Assembly (NCBI GenBank): GCA_045533995.1
Contig: JAZSIV010000033.1
Location: forward strand, 1-30,834
Reading direction: 5' to 3'
Source: Eubacteriales bacterium
GTDB taxonomy: Bacteria; Bacillota; Clostridia; Oscillospirales; CAG-272
DNA length: 30,834 nucleotides
Under the pieces are notes generated by a model. It saw nothing but the letters and a program-made list of their open reading frames with translations. It searched no databases and was not told the DNA's origin. The number at the start of each line of letters is the position of its first letter. Position 1 is the first letter of the stretch. Made by a program: the position numbers and the translations under genes. Below are positions 16,816 through 26,832 of this stretch, one piece after another.

Positions 16816-18030
16816 TTATGCAAGCGACTTTTCAAGTCTTTCTCTGATAGCCTTGATAAATCCGATAGTATTTACAGCCGTTGCGGTATAGCCCTCGCTC
16901 ACAAGTCCAACAAGGTCCTTTGTCATAATTCCGTCGTTAAGAGTTGCAATACAAGCCGCCTCAAGCTTATCGGCAAAATCAACGAGCTCTGCGATGCCGT
17001 CAAGCTCGCCTCTCTTGCGAAGTGCTCCCGACCAAGCATATATTGTTGCCATGGGGTTGGTCGAGGTGTCCTCTCCTTTGAGATATCTGTAATAATGTCT
17101 TGTAACCGTGCCGTGTGCCGCCTCGTACTCATACTTTCCGTCGGGAGATACGAGAACGGAGGTCATCATAGCGAGCGATCCGAATGCGGTCGATACCATA
17201 TCGGACATTACGTCTCCGTCATAGTTCTTGCATGCCCAAATGTATCCGCCCTCACTTCTGATAACACGTGCTACCGCATCATCTATAAGGGTATAGAAAT
17301 ATGTAATTCCGAGCTCCTCGAACTTTGCCTTATAATCCTTTTCGTAGATGTCTTGGAAAAAAAGCTTGAAGGTCTGGTCATATTTCTTTGAGATCGTGTC
17401 CTTGGTCGAGAACCAAAGGTCCTGCTTGGTGTCTATTGCAAACTTAAAGCAGGAGTGTGCAAAGGATATAATGGACGAATCCTTATTGTACTGCCCCTGA
17501 AGCACACCGCCGCACTCAAAGTCGTAGATAGTCTCTCTGAATTCTGTTCCATCCTTACCAGTAAATACAAGCTCTGCCTTTCCCTCTCCCTCGACTCTGT
17601 ACTCAGTAGCCTTGTAAACGTCACCGTAAGCGTGACGAGCGATGGTAATCGGCTTCTTCCAGTTTCTTACCGCAGGCTTTATAGAATCGATAAGTATAGG
17701 TGCGCGGAAAACAGTTCCGTCGAGAATAGCACGGATAGTTCCGTTGGGGCTCTTCCACATTTCGGAAAGATTGTATTCCTCAACCCTCTGCTTGTTCGGT
17801 GTAATTGTCGCACACTTTACTGCAACACCGTATTTCTGCGTTGCATACGCGCTATCAAATGTTACCTTATCCTTTGTCTTCTCTCTCTCTACAAGTCCGA
17901 GATCATAATATTCGGTCTTAAGATCTATAAAGGGAAAAAGAAGCTCGTCCTTGATCATCTTCCAGATGATCCTTGTCATCTCGTCGCCGTCCATCTCAAC
18001 AAGCGGCGTCGTCATTTTAATCTTTTCCAT
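16816..18030 (-). CDS. icd: NADP-dependent isocitrate dehydrogenase
   Basis: 404 aa. Contains [47 protein letters not shown] and [11 protein letters not shown]. Confidence 0.97.
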   Translation of the reverse strand: MEKIKMTTPLVEMDGDEMTRIIWKMIKDELLFPFIDLKTEYYDLGLVEREKTKDKVTFDSAYATQKYGVAVKCATITPNKQRVEEYNLSEMWKSPNGTIRAILDGTVFRAPILIDSIKPAVRNWKKPITIARHAYGDVYKATEYRVEGEGKAELVFTGKDGTEFRETIYDFECGGVLQGQYNKDSSIISFAHSCFKFAIDTKQDLWFSTKDTISKKYDQTFKLFFQDIYEKDYKAKFEELGITYFYTLIDDAVARVIRSEGGYIWACKNYDGDVMSDMVSTAFGSLAMMTSVLVSPDGKYEYEAAHGTVTRHYYRYLKGEDTSTNPMATIYAWSGALRKRGELDGIAELVDFADKLEAACIATLNDGIMTKDLVGLVSEGYTATAVNTIGFIKAIRERLEKSLA

Positions 18031-18066
18031 AATTCAATACCTCCGAATTCTTTGGAAAATTATTTG

Positions 18067-18189
18067 TTTTTCATAAAAAACTTTTTGAAAAAAGTTTCCT
18101 TGACCTTCAAAAACTTTTCAATGATTTTTTCATAAGAAACTTTTTGAAAAAAGTTTCTTATGTATCTTCAAAAACCTTTCAATAGATTT
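18067..18189. repeat. Two tandem copies (59-bp period) of an AT-rich palindrome-containing unit
   Basis: The core CATAA(A/G)AAACTTTTTGAAAAAAGTTTC...CTTCAAAAAC(T/C)TTTCAAT starts at 18072 and again at 18131. The second copy contains a perfect 15-bp inverted repeat (18131-18162). Confidence 0.85.
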
Positions 18190-18271
18190 ATTAATTAAAA
18201 AATATCGTCTAACTAAATTTAGTGTGAGGGTTTTGGTTTTATCCCCCAAAAAGTCGTCAGGAAGTTCTTTG

Positions 18272-18339
18272 GCTACCTTTCTTCCAAGAAAGGTAGGAAA
18301 AACCTGCTACCTTTTTTTCCAAGAAAGGTAGGAAAAACC
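18272..18339. repeat. Two tandem copies of a 33-34 bp palindromic unit
   Basis: GCTACCTTTCTT-CC-AAGAAAGGTAGGAAAAACC at 18272-18304, with a near-identical copy at 18306-18339. Confidence 0.88.
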
Positions 18340-18340
18340 C

Positions 18341-20578
18341 TTATCCGTTATTTCTCTTATAATAGTTCATAAGGCAGCCGTCGAGGATTATGTCCTTTTC
18401 GTCAGGAGTAAGTCCCTTGACGTAGAGCTTTATATCCTCAACGTTTCCGTCAGCACGCACAACCTTGGCATCAAATTCTTCTCTTCCCTCAAGAATTCCC
18501 TTACGGATATCGCCAACAAAGACGTAATCGCCGACCTCATACTCAAATTTTGTATCAGGATCAAGCGTGAAAGGAAGAATACCCCAGTTTATGCAGTTTG
18601 AACGGTAACGCTTTGTAGCAAATTCATAGCAAATATTTGCAAATCCGCCAAGCACCTTCTGGCAGGAAGCTGCCTGCTCACGCGCTGAGCCGTCACCGGG
18701 CTTGTTTGCAAAGATACAAGAGCCGAACTGTGTGTTTGCGATCTCGTCAGCTTTGCCCACCTTTGTAAGCACCGCAGAGATTTCATCAACATTTACACCG
18801 CTTCTTCTATCTGCCTCTGTCTTTGCAACCTCTTTGCAACGTCCAACGTATTCGGGAACACGACGCGAGAGGGCAAATTCAGAAAGGCGGAGAGGGTTAG
18901 AACGGTATGACGAGGTCTCTCCCGAAGGGATAAGCTCGTCGGTCGTTGTAACGGGATCGTGAATTACTGCTGTAAGCTTTACAAGCAGATTATCTGCAAG
19001 CTCGTACTGCGCGGGCCAATCGGTGATATTAGGACCAAGGATAAGCTCCGCATTCTCGTCTGCTTTACCGTAACCGTAATAAACGCGCTTTTCATAAACA
19101 GACTTATCAAAATGATATTCGTGGGGAGTGTAATCGTAATCTATATCGGTCGCCGCAGTGATCACACCGCCATTTGCCGCACTTGCCGCGATACTGCGCG
19201 CATCCATAAGTGCGACACCCGATATCTGTCCCTCTCCCGGCTTTGAGCCTTCGCGGTTCGGGAAGTTTCTTGTGGTATGGCGGAGCGAAAGCCCGTTATT
19301 TGCGGGAACGTCACCTGCACCGAAGCATGGACCGCAGAAAGAGGGCTTGATAACGGCACCTGCAGAAAGAAGCTCTGCCGAAACACCGATTTTAGTAAGC
19401 TCAAGTGAAACAGGAACGCTTGTGGGATAAACCGAAAGCGAAAAATATCCGTTTCCGCAGCTCTTATCACGAAGAATTGCAGCCGCCTCATCAATGCTGT
19501 CAAACATACCGCCCGCACATCCTGCGATAATTCCCTGATCGGCGAGAACATTTCCGTCCTCTGTCACCTTTGAAGCAAGGTTCAGATTTGATTTTGGGAA
19601 TTTCTTTTTCGCTTCTGCATCTACCTTCGCAAGTATCTCCTTTGCATTTGCGCAAAATTCGTGAATGGTATATGCATTAGAAGGGTGGAAAGGAAGCGCT
19701 ATCATTGACTCCATCTTGGAAAGATCTATTTCGATCATAGAATCGTAATATGCTACCTTACCGGGCTTAAGCTCACGGTAATCCTCGGGGCGTCCGTGCG
19801 CCTCATAATGCTTCTTGGTTATCTCATCAGTCGCCCAAATTGAAGAAAGGCAGGTCGTCTCGGTGGTCATAACGTCAATACCGTTTCTGAAATCTATCGG
19901 AAGCTCAGACACACCGGGGCCAACAAATTCAAGCACCTTATTTTTAACAAACCCGTTTGCGAAGGTGGCACCGACAAGTGCAATTGCCACGTCGTGCGGA
20001 CCGATACCGCGACGGGGCTTACCTGTAAGATACACAAGCACGACCTCAGGAGCTTTTATGTCATATGTATTTTTAAGAAGCTGTTTTACAAGCTCAGGGC
20101 CGCCCTCGCCGACGCCCATCGTTCCGAGGGCACCGTATCTTGTATGAGAATCCGAGCCAAGGATCATCTTGCCGCATCCGGCAAGCTCCTCACGGGCATA
20201 GGAGTGTATTACACTCTGATTTGCGGGAACGTATATTCCGCCGTATTTTTTTGCCGCAGAAAGACCGAAAACGTGATCGTCCTCGTTTATCGTTCCGCCA
20301 ACCGCGCAAAGTGAATTATGACAGTTTGTCATAGCATACGGAATCGGAAATTCACGAAGACCGCTTGCGCGTGCCGTTTGAATAATTCCAACGTAGGTTA
20401 TATCGTGCGATACAAGAGCATCAAATTTTATCTTAAGATCCTTATCGTCACCTATATTATGAGATGAAAGTATAGAATAAGCAATAGTATTTTTTCTCGC
20501 CTCGCAAGGTGACATATCCGCACTTGCAGAAACCTTGCCGTCAACGAGATAAACACCTTTTTCATTAAGCTTTATCAT
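18341..20578 (-). CDS. Aconitase-family hydratase (YbhJ-like), probable aconitate hydratase
   Basis: About 745 aa. Contains SHDITYVGI, TNCHNSLCAVGG, GSDSHTRYG, Fe-S cysteines in AGCAGG and FCGPCFG, and RHTTRNFPNREG. RBS AAGGAGG precedes ATG 20578. Lies upstream of icd. Confidence 0.9.
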   Translation of the reverse strand: MIKLNEKGVYLVDGKVSASADMSPCEARKNTIAYSILSSHNIGDDKDLKIKFDALVSHDITYVGIIQTARASGLREFPIPYAMTNCHNSLCAVGGTINEDDHVFGLSAAKKYGGIYVPANQSVIHSYAREELAGCGKMILGSDSHTRYGALGTMGVGEGGPELVKQLLKNTYDIKAPEVVLVYLTGKPRRGIGPHDVAIALVGATFANGFVKNKVLEFVGPGVSELPIDFRNGIDVMTTETTCLSSIWATDEITKKHYEAHGRPEDYRELKPGKVAYYDSMIEIDLSKMESMIALPFHPSNAYTIHEFCANAKEILAKVDAEAKKKFPKSNLNLASKVTEDGNVLADQGIIAGCAGGMFDSIDEAAAILRDKSCGNGYFSLSVYPTSVPVSLELTKIGVSAELLSAGAVIKPSFCGPCFGAGDVPANNGLSLRHTTRNFPNREGSKPGEGQISGVALMDARSIAASAANGGVITAATDIDYDYTPHEYHFDKSVYEKRVYYGYGKADENAELILGPNITDWPAQYELADNLLVKLTAVIHDPVTTTDELIPSGETSSYRSNPLRLSEFALSRRVPEYVGRCKEVAKTEADRRSGVNVDEISAVLTKVGKADEIANTQFGSCIFANKPGDGSAREQAASCQKVLGGFANICYEFATKRYRSNCINWGILPFTLDPDTKFEYEVGDYVFVGDIRKGILEGREEFDAKVVRADGNVEDIKLYVKGLTPDEKDIILDGCLMNYYKRNNG

Positions 20579-20621
20579 ACGTATCTCCTCCTTGTTTTTC
20601 ATTATAAATCATAACCTCATA

Positions 20622-20650
20622 ATTATATATCATTTTTATCAAAAAGTCAA
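20622..20650 (-). promoter_or_regulatory. sigma-A promoter of the hydratase (and possibly icd)
   Basis: Minus strand TTGACT (20650-20645), 17 bp spacer, TATAAT (20627-20622). Confidence 0.8.
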
Positions 20651-20684
20651 CCGTATTTGCAACTTAGCACGATGTAGGTTGCAA

Positions 20685-21440
20685 TTATTTTATTATTACA
20701 GCCATTACCTCTGTGCTGTTAAATATTCTTGGAATTGATCCTGCCTCCCTAAGTCCGCGGCTTACTGCAAGCCTTCCGTCGTAAACACCCGACGTATATT
20801 TCGGAAATATTCCCTGCCCCGGCGCGAAAACACCTCTGCCAAAAAATCTCCACTGTCCACCGTGCGCGTGACCGCTCACAATAAGGTCAATATCCCTCCC
20901 CGCAAGATATTTTTCATAATATTCGGGGTGGTGACACAACAATATTTTAGGAAGCGCAAGAGCACAAAACTCATCGAGCCACGAAAGCTCAGGCTTGCAG
21001 TCATCGTTAAGAATGCCCGAGGTCAGACCGCCGATAGCAATACCGTCAAATACAGAATATGTGTTATTAAGCGAAGTACAGCCGCACTCCAAAACACATT
21101 TCTCTCCTCTTTCATTCCACTTGGACGATCCCTGCTTTTTAAGTCCGCACTTTACAAGGCCCGACTGTGTCCCGCCTATCTCGTGATTTCCAATAGAATA
21201 AAAGACAGGTGCGATCTTTGCCGCCTCGCTTAAAAGAATTGCTCCCTTTTCATTTTTCTCTATAAAGCGGTCATCAAAAACTTCAAAAATATCGCCTGGA
21301 GCAAATATCATATCGGGATTCAGCTCTCTGAGATATTCAACTGCTTTTTTGGGGTCGCTCCCGTGCAGATCGGAAATTATGGCAAAGCATTTTCCCGACG
21401 GTATTTTGTTGCTTTTTATATACCATTTTGTAAGCTTCAT
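20685..21440 (-). CDS. Calcineurin-like metallophosphoesterase
   Basis: Contains SDLHG, PGDIF, GNHE, CHHP and SGHAHGGQ. The likely start ATG 21440 follows GAAAGGTGA. Confidence 0.9.
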   Translation of the reverse strand: MKLTKWYIKSNKIPSGKCFAIISDLHGSDPKKAVEYLRELNPDMIFAPGDIFEVFDDRFIEKNEKGAILLSEAAKIAPVFYSIGNHEIGGTQSGLVKCGLKKQGSSKWNERGEKCVLECGCTSLNNTYSVFDGIAIGGLTSGILNDDCKPELSWLDEFCALALPKILLCHHPEYYEKYLAGRDIDLIVSGHAHGGQWRFFGRGVFAPGQGIFPKYTSGVYDGRLAVSRGLREAGSIPRIFNSTEVMAVIIK

Positions 21441-21532
21441 TTTGATCACCTTTCAAAAAGACTTATTAATATTTTAACATAAATTTGCACTCCTATCAAG
21501 GATTTTATATAATTTTTCAAAACATAAAACCA

Positions 21533-21561
21533 TTGACAATTATGCCCTCGTGAAGTATAAT
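21533..21561 (+). promoter_or_regulatory. Consensus sigma-A promoter of the CPBP gene and tadA
   Basis: TTGACA (21533-21538), 17 bp spacer, TATAAT (21556-21561). Confidence 0.88.
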
Positions 21562-21596
21562 TAAGCTAAAATATGCAATAGGAGGTTTCCGTATAA

Positions 21597-22592
21597 ATGC
21601 TGTTTGATAAGGAATTCAAAAATACGGCTTCCCACATTGGCATAGCGATGATCATTATGCTTTGCCTGATTACCCCGTTTCTTGTTATCTTCGGTTCATT
21701 GATCTCAACTGCCTCTTACTCTATCTTCAGTCCCGAAGTAGCGTATACTTTATATAGGATTTCATACGGTATTCTTTATTCGCTTGTCTTTTTTATTCCT
21801 CTGATAATATTCAGACTGATGAACAAGGACGTAAGGATCAGACCGATAGGCTTTAGAACTAAGCTCCCCAAAAGCACCCCGCTTATTATTCTCGCCTCGG
21901 TTACAATTATTTTCTGTGCCTCACAGATCAATGGAATACTGATCTCCTTTTTTGATTTTGCCGATACAATGCAGGATACCCTCACTCCAACAGAAAAAAT
22001 GAAGCCCTATGAAATAGTGCTTGCCATCTTCACGACTGCTATTATCCCGGGCATCTTTGAGGAGCTTTTGTTCAGAGGCACAGTACTCTCAAACCTCTTA
22101 CCCTACGGAAAGACCTTTGCAATTGTTTCCTCCGCCATTCTCTTTGGGCTGATGCACGAAAACCCCGCGCAAATTTTCTACACGGTGATAGCAGGAATAG
22201 TACTTGGATATGCTTACACTAAAACAAATTCAATAGTGTGTGTAATTTTAATACATTTCACCAATAATCTTTTCGGCGTATTTCAGTCTGTTCTTCTCGC
22301 AAACCTTGACCAGATAGTCGCAACACGTATTTTTGTGATTTTTGAAGCAATACTTTTTGTTGCCGGAGCTGCATCTATAATTTACTTTATTATTAAGTCA
22401 AAATCAAAGAAAGACGTATACAGCACAGGATGCTTTGAGGTTATTGTCGAAAGCACTCCCGACTATATACAGAAGCCAACATCATTTGAAGTTGCAAAAA
22501 AATTCTTTCTATCCACATCCGTGTTGATTTTTACAATTGCGGCTATTGGAAAAATGATTATACTCTTAATTTTCCCATCATTTATTTTTTGA
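21597..22592 (+). CDS. CPBP family intramembrane metalloprotease
   Basis: 331 aa, multiple transmembrane segments. Contains FEELLFRG, FGLMH and HFTNN. Confidence 0.9.
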   Translation: MLFDKEFKNTASHIGIAMIIMLCLITPFLVIFGSLISTASYSIFSPEVAYTLYRISYGILYSLVFFIPLIIFRLMNKDVRIRPIGFRTKLPKSTPLIILASVTIIFCASQINGILISFFDFADTMQDTLTPTEKMKPYEIVLAIFTTAIIPGIFEELLFRGTVLSNLLPYGKTFAIVSSAILFGLMHENPAQIFYTVIAGIVLGYAYTKTNSIVCVILIHFTNNLFGVFQSVLLANLDQIVATRIFVIFEAILFVAGAASIIYFIIKSKSKKDVYSTGCFEVIVESTPDYIQKPTSFEVAKKFFLSTSVLIFTIAAIGKMIILLIFPSFIF

Positions 22593-23084
<492 letters not shown>

Positions 23085-23092
23085 TTAATAAT

Positions 23093-23129
23093 AAAAAGTG
23101 CTTATAACATTCGTTATAAGCACTTTTTT
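23093..23129. terminator. Bidirectional terminator
   Basis: AAAAAGTGCTTATAAC-attc-GTTATAAGCACTTTTT, a perfect 16-bp stem between convergent genes. Confidence 0.88.
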
Positions 23130-23151
23130 ATTTAACATATCTATTTAATTA

Positions 23152-24570
23152 TTATTCTTCGGTCTTATCTTCGGTTTTTTTAGCCTTTTTGCCTGCAAAG
23201 AATGATCCTGCAATAATAACTACAGCAAATACAATTATGTAGAAAAGTACGGGGAACGAGAATGTTCCTGCTTCTTTTGCTGCAAGATAGGGTGTGATTC
23301 CGTGAGCATAAACAGCTGCAAACATCATAAACAGACATGCCACAATAGAAAGGATCGGAAGAACAAATCTCTTTACTGTTCCAAGCTCCTTTTCTTTCTT
23401 CATCCACATAATAAACATAGGAATATACATAGCATATATGGTTACTATGGGAAGCTCGGAGGAATCAAAGTTGAACAAGCCAAACCAACCGCCATCGGGA
23501 GAAAGGTTTGCGCCATAGAAGTAAAGCAACCAAGCAGCGCATACGAACAATCCCCAAACTGAAGAGTTAGTTGTCATATTTGTTGTCTTATCTACCTGAG
23601 AGAATACCTCTACCTTAGGACCGTTACCGCGCTCTGCGATAGCATACATACCACGTGTAACAGCTACCATAAGACCGTTGAGCGTACCAAGACAAGAAAT
23701 TACAATACAAATATTAAGTAAAGCTCCGCCTACTCCACCAAAAATGTTTGTGAAAGCAGTTGTTGCGCCCTCAGACATAAGAACCTCGTTTGAAGCTCCG
23801 CCTGCAACGCCTACGTAATACAAAATGTATGTAAGAACTACGATAAATGAACCTATGATAAGAGCCAAAGGAAGGTTCTTCTTAGGATTCTTAAGCTCTG
23901 CATTGATCGAAGTAGCAACGATCCAGCCCTCATATGCGAATACAGTAGCTACGATTGCAGCAAACAAACCGCTTCCAACAGTTCCGCCAACAGCCTCTGT
24001 AACAACGTTTGTAAAGTTGCCGGTAAGTGTTCCGTTTGCCAAACCAACTATTGTACCTACAATTGCCATAAGACAAATGGGTATAAACTTTATAACCGTT
24101 GCGCTAACCTGGAATTTTCCTGCAACCTTAGGAGAAAGAGCGTTTATGGTATACGATGTAATAAGGAAGAATCCCGCAAGAACCATAACACGGGGTCCTA
24201 CGATATCCCAGCCGAAAATAACGCCCATATATCTTGCAGAAACCCATGCAAGAACAGATGTCATAGCGGGATAATAAATATTTACCATAAACCAAGCAAG
24301 ATAATAAGCATATTTCTTGCCACAAGTAGCCTCAGCATAGTCAACTACGCCGCTGACGCGCTCATACTTTGTTGCCATTACAGCAAACTGTGCTGAGCAG
24401 ATGATCATAATAAGACCAGTAATCGCCCATGCCGCAATACCGAGCGGCATATTTCCACCGGTTGCGTTAAGAACGTTTTGTGCCTTAAAGAAGACACCGG
24501 ATCCGATAACAGTTCCTACTACCATGCATATTGCGGTAATAAGACCATATTTTCTTGTTAATTTTTCCAT
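23152..24570 (-). CDS. APC family amino acid permease
   Basis: About 472 aa, about 12 transmembrane segments. Contains VGTVIGSGVFF, FAYEGW and ELKNPKKNLP. The likely start ATG 24570 follows GGAG. Confidence 0.92.
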   Translation of the reverse strand: MEKLTRKYGLITAICMVVGTVIGSGVFFKAQNVLNATGGNMPLGIAAWAITGLIMIICSAQFAVMATKYERVSGVVDYAEATCGKKYAYYLAWFMVNIYYPAMTSVLAWVSARYMGVIFGWDIVGPRVMVLAGFFLITSYTINALSPKVAGKFQVSATVIKFIPICLMAIVGTIVGLANGTLTGNFTNVVTEAVGGTVGSGLFAAIVATVFAYEGWIVATSINAELKNPKKNLPLALIIGSFIVVLTYILYYVGVAGGASNEVLMSEGATTAFTNIFGGVGGALLNICIVISCLGTLNGLMVAVTRGMYAIAERGNGPKVEVFSQVDKTTNMTTNSSVWGLFVCAAWLLYFYGANLSPDGGWFGLFNFDSSELPIVTIYAMYIPMFIMWMKKEKELGTVKRFVLPILSIVACLFMMFAAVYAHGITPYLAAKEAGTFSFPVLFYIIVFAVVIIAGSFFAGKKAKKTEDKTEE

Positions 24571-24610
24571 AAAAATCTCCATCTTTCTTTTTTTATAAAA
24601 AACCACTTTT

Positions 24611-24639
24611 ATTTTATCATAAAAAAACATTTTAGTCAA
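24611..24639 (-). promoter_or_regulatory. sigma-A promoter of the APC permease
   Basis: Minus strand TTGACT (24639-24634), 17 bp spacer, TGn-TAAAAT (24616-24611). Confidence 0.75.
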
Positions 24640-24671
24640 TAACAATTAATCATTAAATAAAAAAAATTAAT

Positions 24672-24703
24672 AAAAAAGGGACTGCAACTTTTGTTGCAGT
24701 CCC
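24672..24703 (-). terminator. Terminator of the carbohydrate ABC cluster
   Basis: Minus strand GGGACTGCAAC-aaaa-GTTGCAGTCCC-TTTTTT. Confidence 0.88.
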
Positions 24704-24719
24704 AAATTTTACCAACAAA

Positions 24720-25826
24720 TCAATCTGCTGTAAGACCGGAACGTTCAATACCCTGAACAAGATACTTCTGACAGAAGAGATACATTACTATAAGCGGAGC
24801 AATTATCATAATACCACAAGTATTCTTGATTGCTGCATAGTAGAGATTCTGTCCGGCATAGTCTGTTGTCAAGGACGAAGGAACGTCTATGATCGTAGGC
24901 ATAAGAATTGTCTTTGATGTCGGGAAGAGGAAATTTGTATAGAAGTCGTCTGTCCACTGCCATGAGAACGAGAACAGGAATACTGTTATCATCATAGGCA
25001 CCGACAATGGGAGAATGATCGTAAAGAATGTGTGAAGAACTCCCGAGCCGTCAATATATGCTGATTCCTCAAGTTCGTCCGGAACACCTCTAAAGAACTG
25101 TCTGAGCATGAATATGTAAAGACCGTTCTTAAATGCGAGGCCGGCGATAGAAAGAATTATCAAAGGCCAGAATGTGTTAGTGAGGTTTATACCGTTTGCA
25201 CTAAATTTATCCCAAGCCTCAGGAATAATATCAAATCCTTCAAGGATGGTGTGTCCAAACACATCTATACCGCCGCCGGAGAGGAACTGAACTATTCCGA
25301 AGATATCAAAATATCTGAAAGACATATACATTGAAAGCTGCAATGTCTGATGAGGAACTACAAGCGTAAATATTACAAGCAAGAATATCAAGTTATTTCC
25401 CTTAAACTTGAACTTTGCAAGACCGTACGCGATAAACGAACAAATAAATGTCTGAATAAGCGCGGTACTCAAGGAAAGAATCAAGGTATTCTTAAATGCT
25501 TCAAGATAATTAAGCTCTGTCCATACGGCTTTGTATATATCGATCGAGAAGTTCTTAGGAATAAGTCTTACCGTTACGTCTACGAAATCCTCAGGTGCCA
25601 TGAAAGAACCTGCGATCTTTGTAAAGAACGGGAAAAGAACGATATACGATACACCTATAAGAAGTACCAGTCTGAAGATGTAGAATACCACCTTCTTAAG
25701 GAAAAACATAGATAAGAACTTTGCCTTAAGTCTTTCTTTCAGAGGAGTTCTGTCAAACTCAACTTTAATCTTGTTTTTTGATTCTCTTTTTACTTTTGGT
25801 TTGTTTTCAAGATTTTGTGCGTTCAT
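24720..25826 (-). CDS. Carbohydrate ABC transporter permease (MalG-like)
   Basis: 368 aa. EAA motif ELEESAYIDGSG, plus FSFSWQWTD and QKYLVQGIERSG. Confidence 0.92.
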   Translation of the reverse strand: MNAQNLENKPKVKRESKNKIKVEFDRTPLKERLKAKFLSMFFLKKVVFYIFRLVLLIGVSYIVLFPFFTKIAGSFMAPEDFVDVTVRLIPKNFSIDIYKAVWTELNYLEAFKNTLILSLSTALIQTFICSFIAYGLAKFKFKGNNLIFLLVIFTLVVPHQTLQLSMYMSFRYFDIFGIVQFLSGGGIDVFGHTILEGFDIIPEAWDKFSANGINLTNTFWPLIILSIAGLAFKNGLYIFMLRQFFRGVPDELEESAYIDGSGVLHTFFTIILPLSVPMMITVFLFSFSWQWTDDFYTNFLFPTSKTILMPTIIDVPSSLTTDYAGQNLYYAAIKNTCGIMIIAPLIVMYLFCQKYLVQGIERSGLTAD

Positions 25827-25842
25827 TTATACTCCTCCTTTC

Positions 25843-26814
25843 TTAATCTTTCCTCTGGTAGAATACGAATGCAGAGAACGCGAGAGCAACAACTGCAATA
25901 ATCGCAATAACGAGCAAGAAGTACATCCAAGACATTGCGGAGCTGATAACGTTACCGCCCGCCGTGTTGTTATATATATTCGAAATATATACCATTACTT
26001 CATTGGAATCAGTCGTGAACGAATCGATTATCGTATACACTGCATTAACAAGGATCATCGGGCTTATCATCGGGAATGTGATCTTCCAGAAGGTCTCCCA
26101 TGAGGTAGCTCCGTCGATCTGAACCGACTCATATATCGCAGGAGAAATAGACTGAAGTCCCGCAAGGAAGATAAGGATCTGAACACCTGCACGGTTTACA
26201 ATGTCATAGATATTGTTGATAGCCGTTACAACGTATTCAACAAGCTCTGTACCAACCGCCATGTTTGCGAAAAGCGCTTCAAAGTCCATCGCACTTACGA
26301 TATCATTTGCGGCACTTCCGCCCGAGCCGTCCTCAATTCCTTCTGCTGAATCCATGTAATCACCAAGAACGTTTTGCGCTTCGATTGATTCCATAAGACC
26401 TGTTGAAAGAATAACAGGAATGAAGAATATTGCACGGAAAACTGCTCTTCCTGCCATCTTCTGATTAAGAAGTACCGCCATAAACAGCGAGAATATCAAA
26501 ATCATAGGAATATCGAATGCCATGCTCTGAAGTCCTTTAAGAAGAACCTGAACGAAATCAGGGTCAACAAACAGCGCATTGCTGTAGTTGGTCCAGCCCG
26601 CAGGGATCAGCACAAAGCCGCCTCCCTGCGATCCGGGTATAGTTTTGATTGTATTAAAGGTATATCTTAACGAATCAAAAACGATAGGAAGATATATTAA
26701 TACGAAACCGATAATGAAAGGAAGAACGAATATCCATCCGGCGCGTGCCTTCTTTTTTTCGAGAGAGGCTATCTTCTTTTTCTTTGGTGCCTTAACTTTT
26801 AACTCTTTAGTCAT
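25843..26814 (-). CDS. Carbohydrate ABC transporter permease (MalF-like)
   Basis: 323 aa. Contains FRAIFFIP and FLAGLQSISPAIYESVQIDGA. Confidence 0.92.
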   Translation of the reverse strand: MTKELKVKAPKKKKIASLEKKKARAGWIFVLPFIIGFVLIYLPIVFDSLRYTFNTIKTIPGSQGGGFVLIPAGWTNYSNALFVDPDFVQVLLKGLQSMAFDIPMILIFSLFMAVLLNQKMAGRAVFRAIFFIPVILSTGLMESIEAQNVLGDYMDSAEGIEDGSGGSAANDIVSAMDFEALFANMAVGTELVEYVVTAINNIYDIVNRAGVQILIFLAGLQSISPAIYESVQIDGATSWETFWKITFPMISPMILVNAVYTIIDSFTTDSNEVMVYISNIYNNTAGGNVISSAMSWMYFLLVIAIIAVVALAFSAFVFYQRKD

Positions 26815-26832
26815 GATATTACCTCCCTTTCA

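Noticed and set aside
17455-18135. 226-aa + strand ORF
   Set aside because: Antisense shadow of icd that runs into the repeat region. The same reasoning applies to the other short ORFs overlapping called genes (e.g. 3908-4456, 5378-5944, 6608-7111, 28033-28485).
18060-18340. CRISPR array
   Set aside because: Only two copies of each unit, no unique spacers between them, and no cas genes.
21597-22592. CPBP/Abi-domain gene as an anti-phage system
   Set aside because: The CPBP family is mostly housekeeping membrane proteases, and its context (tadA, phosphoesterase) shows no defence island.
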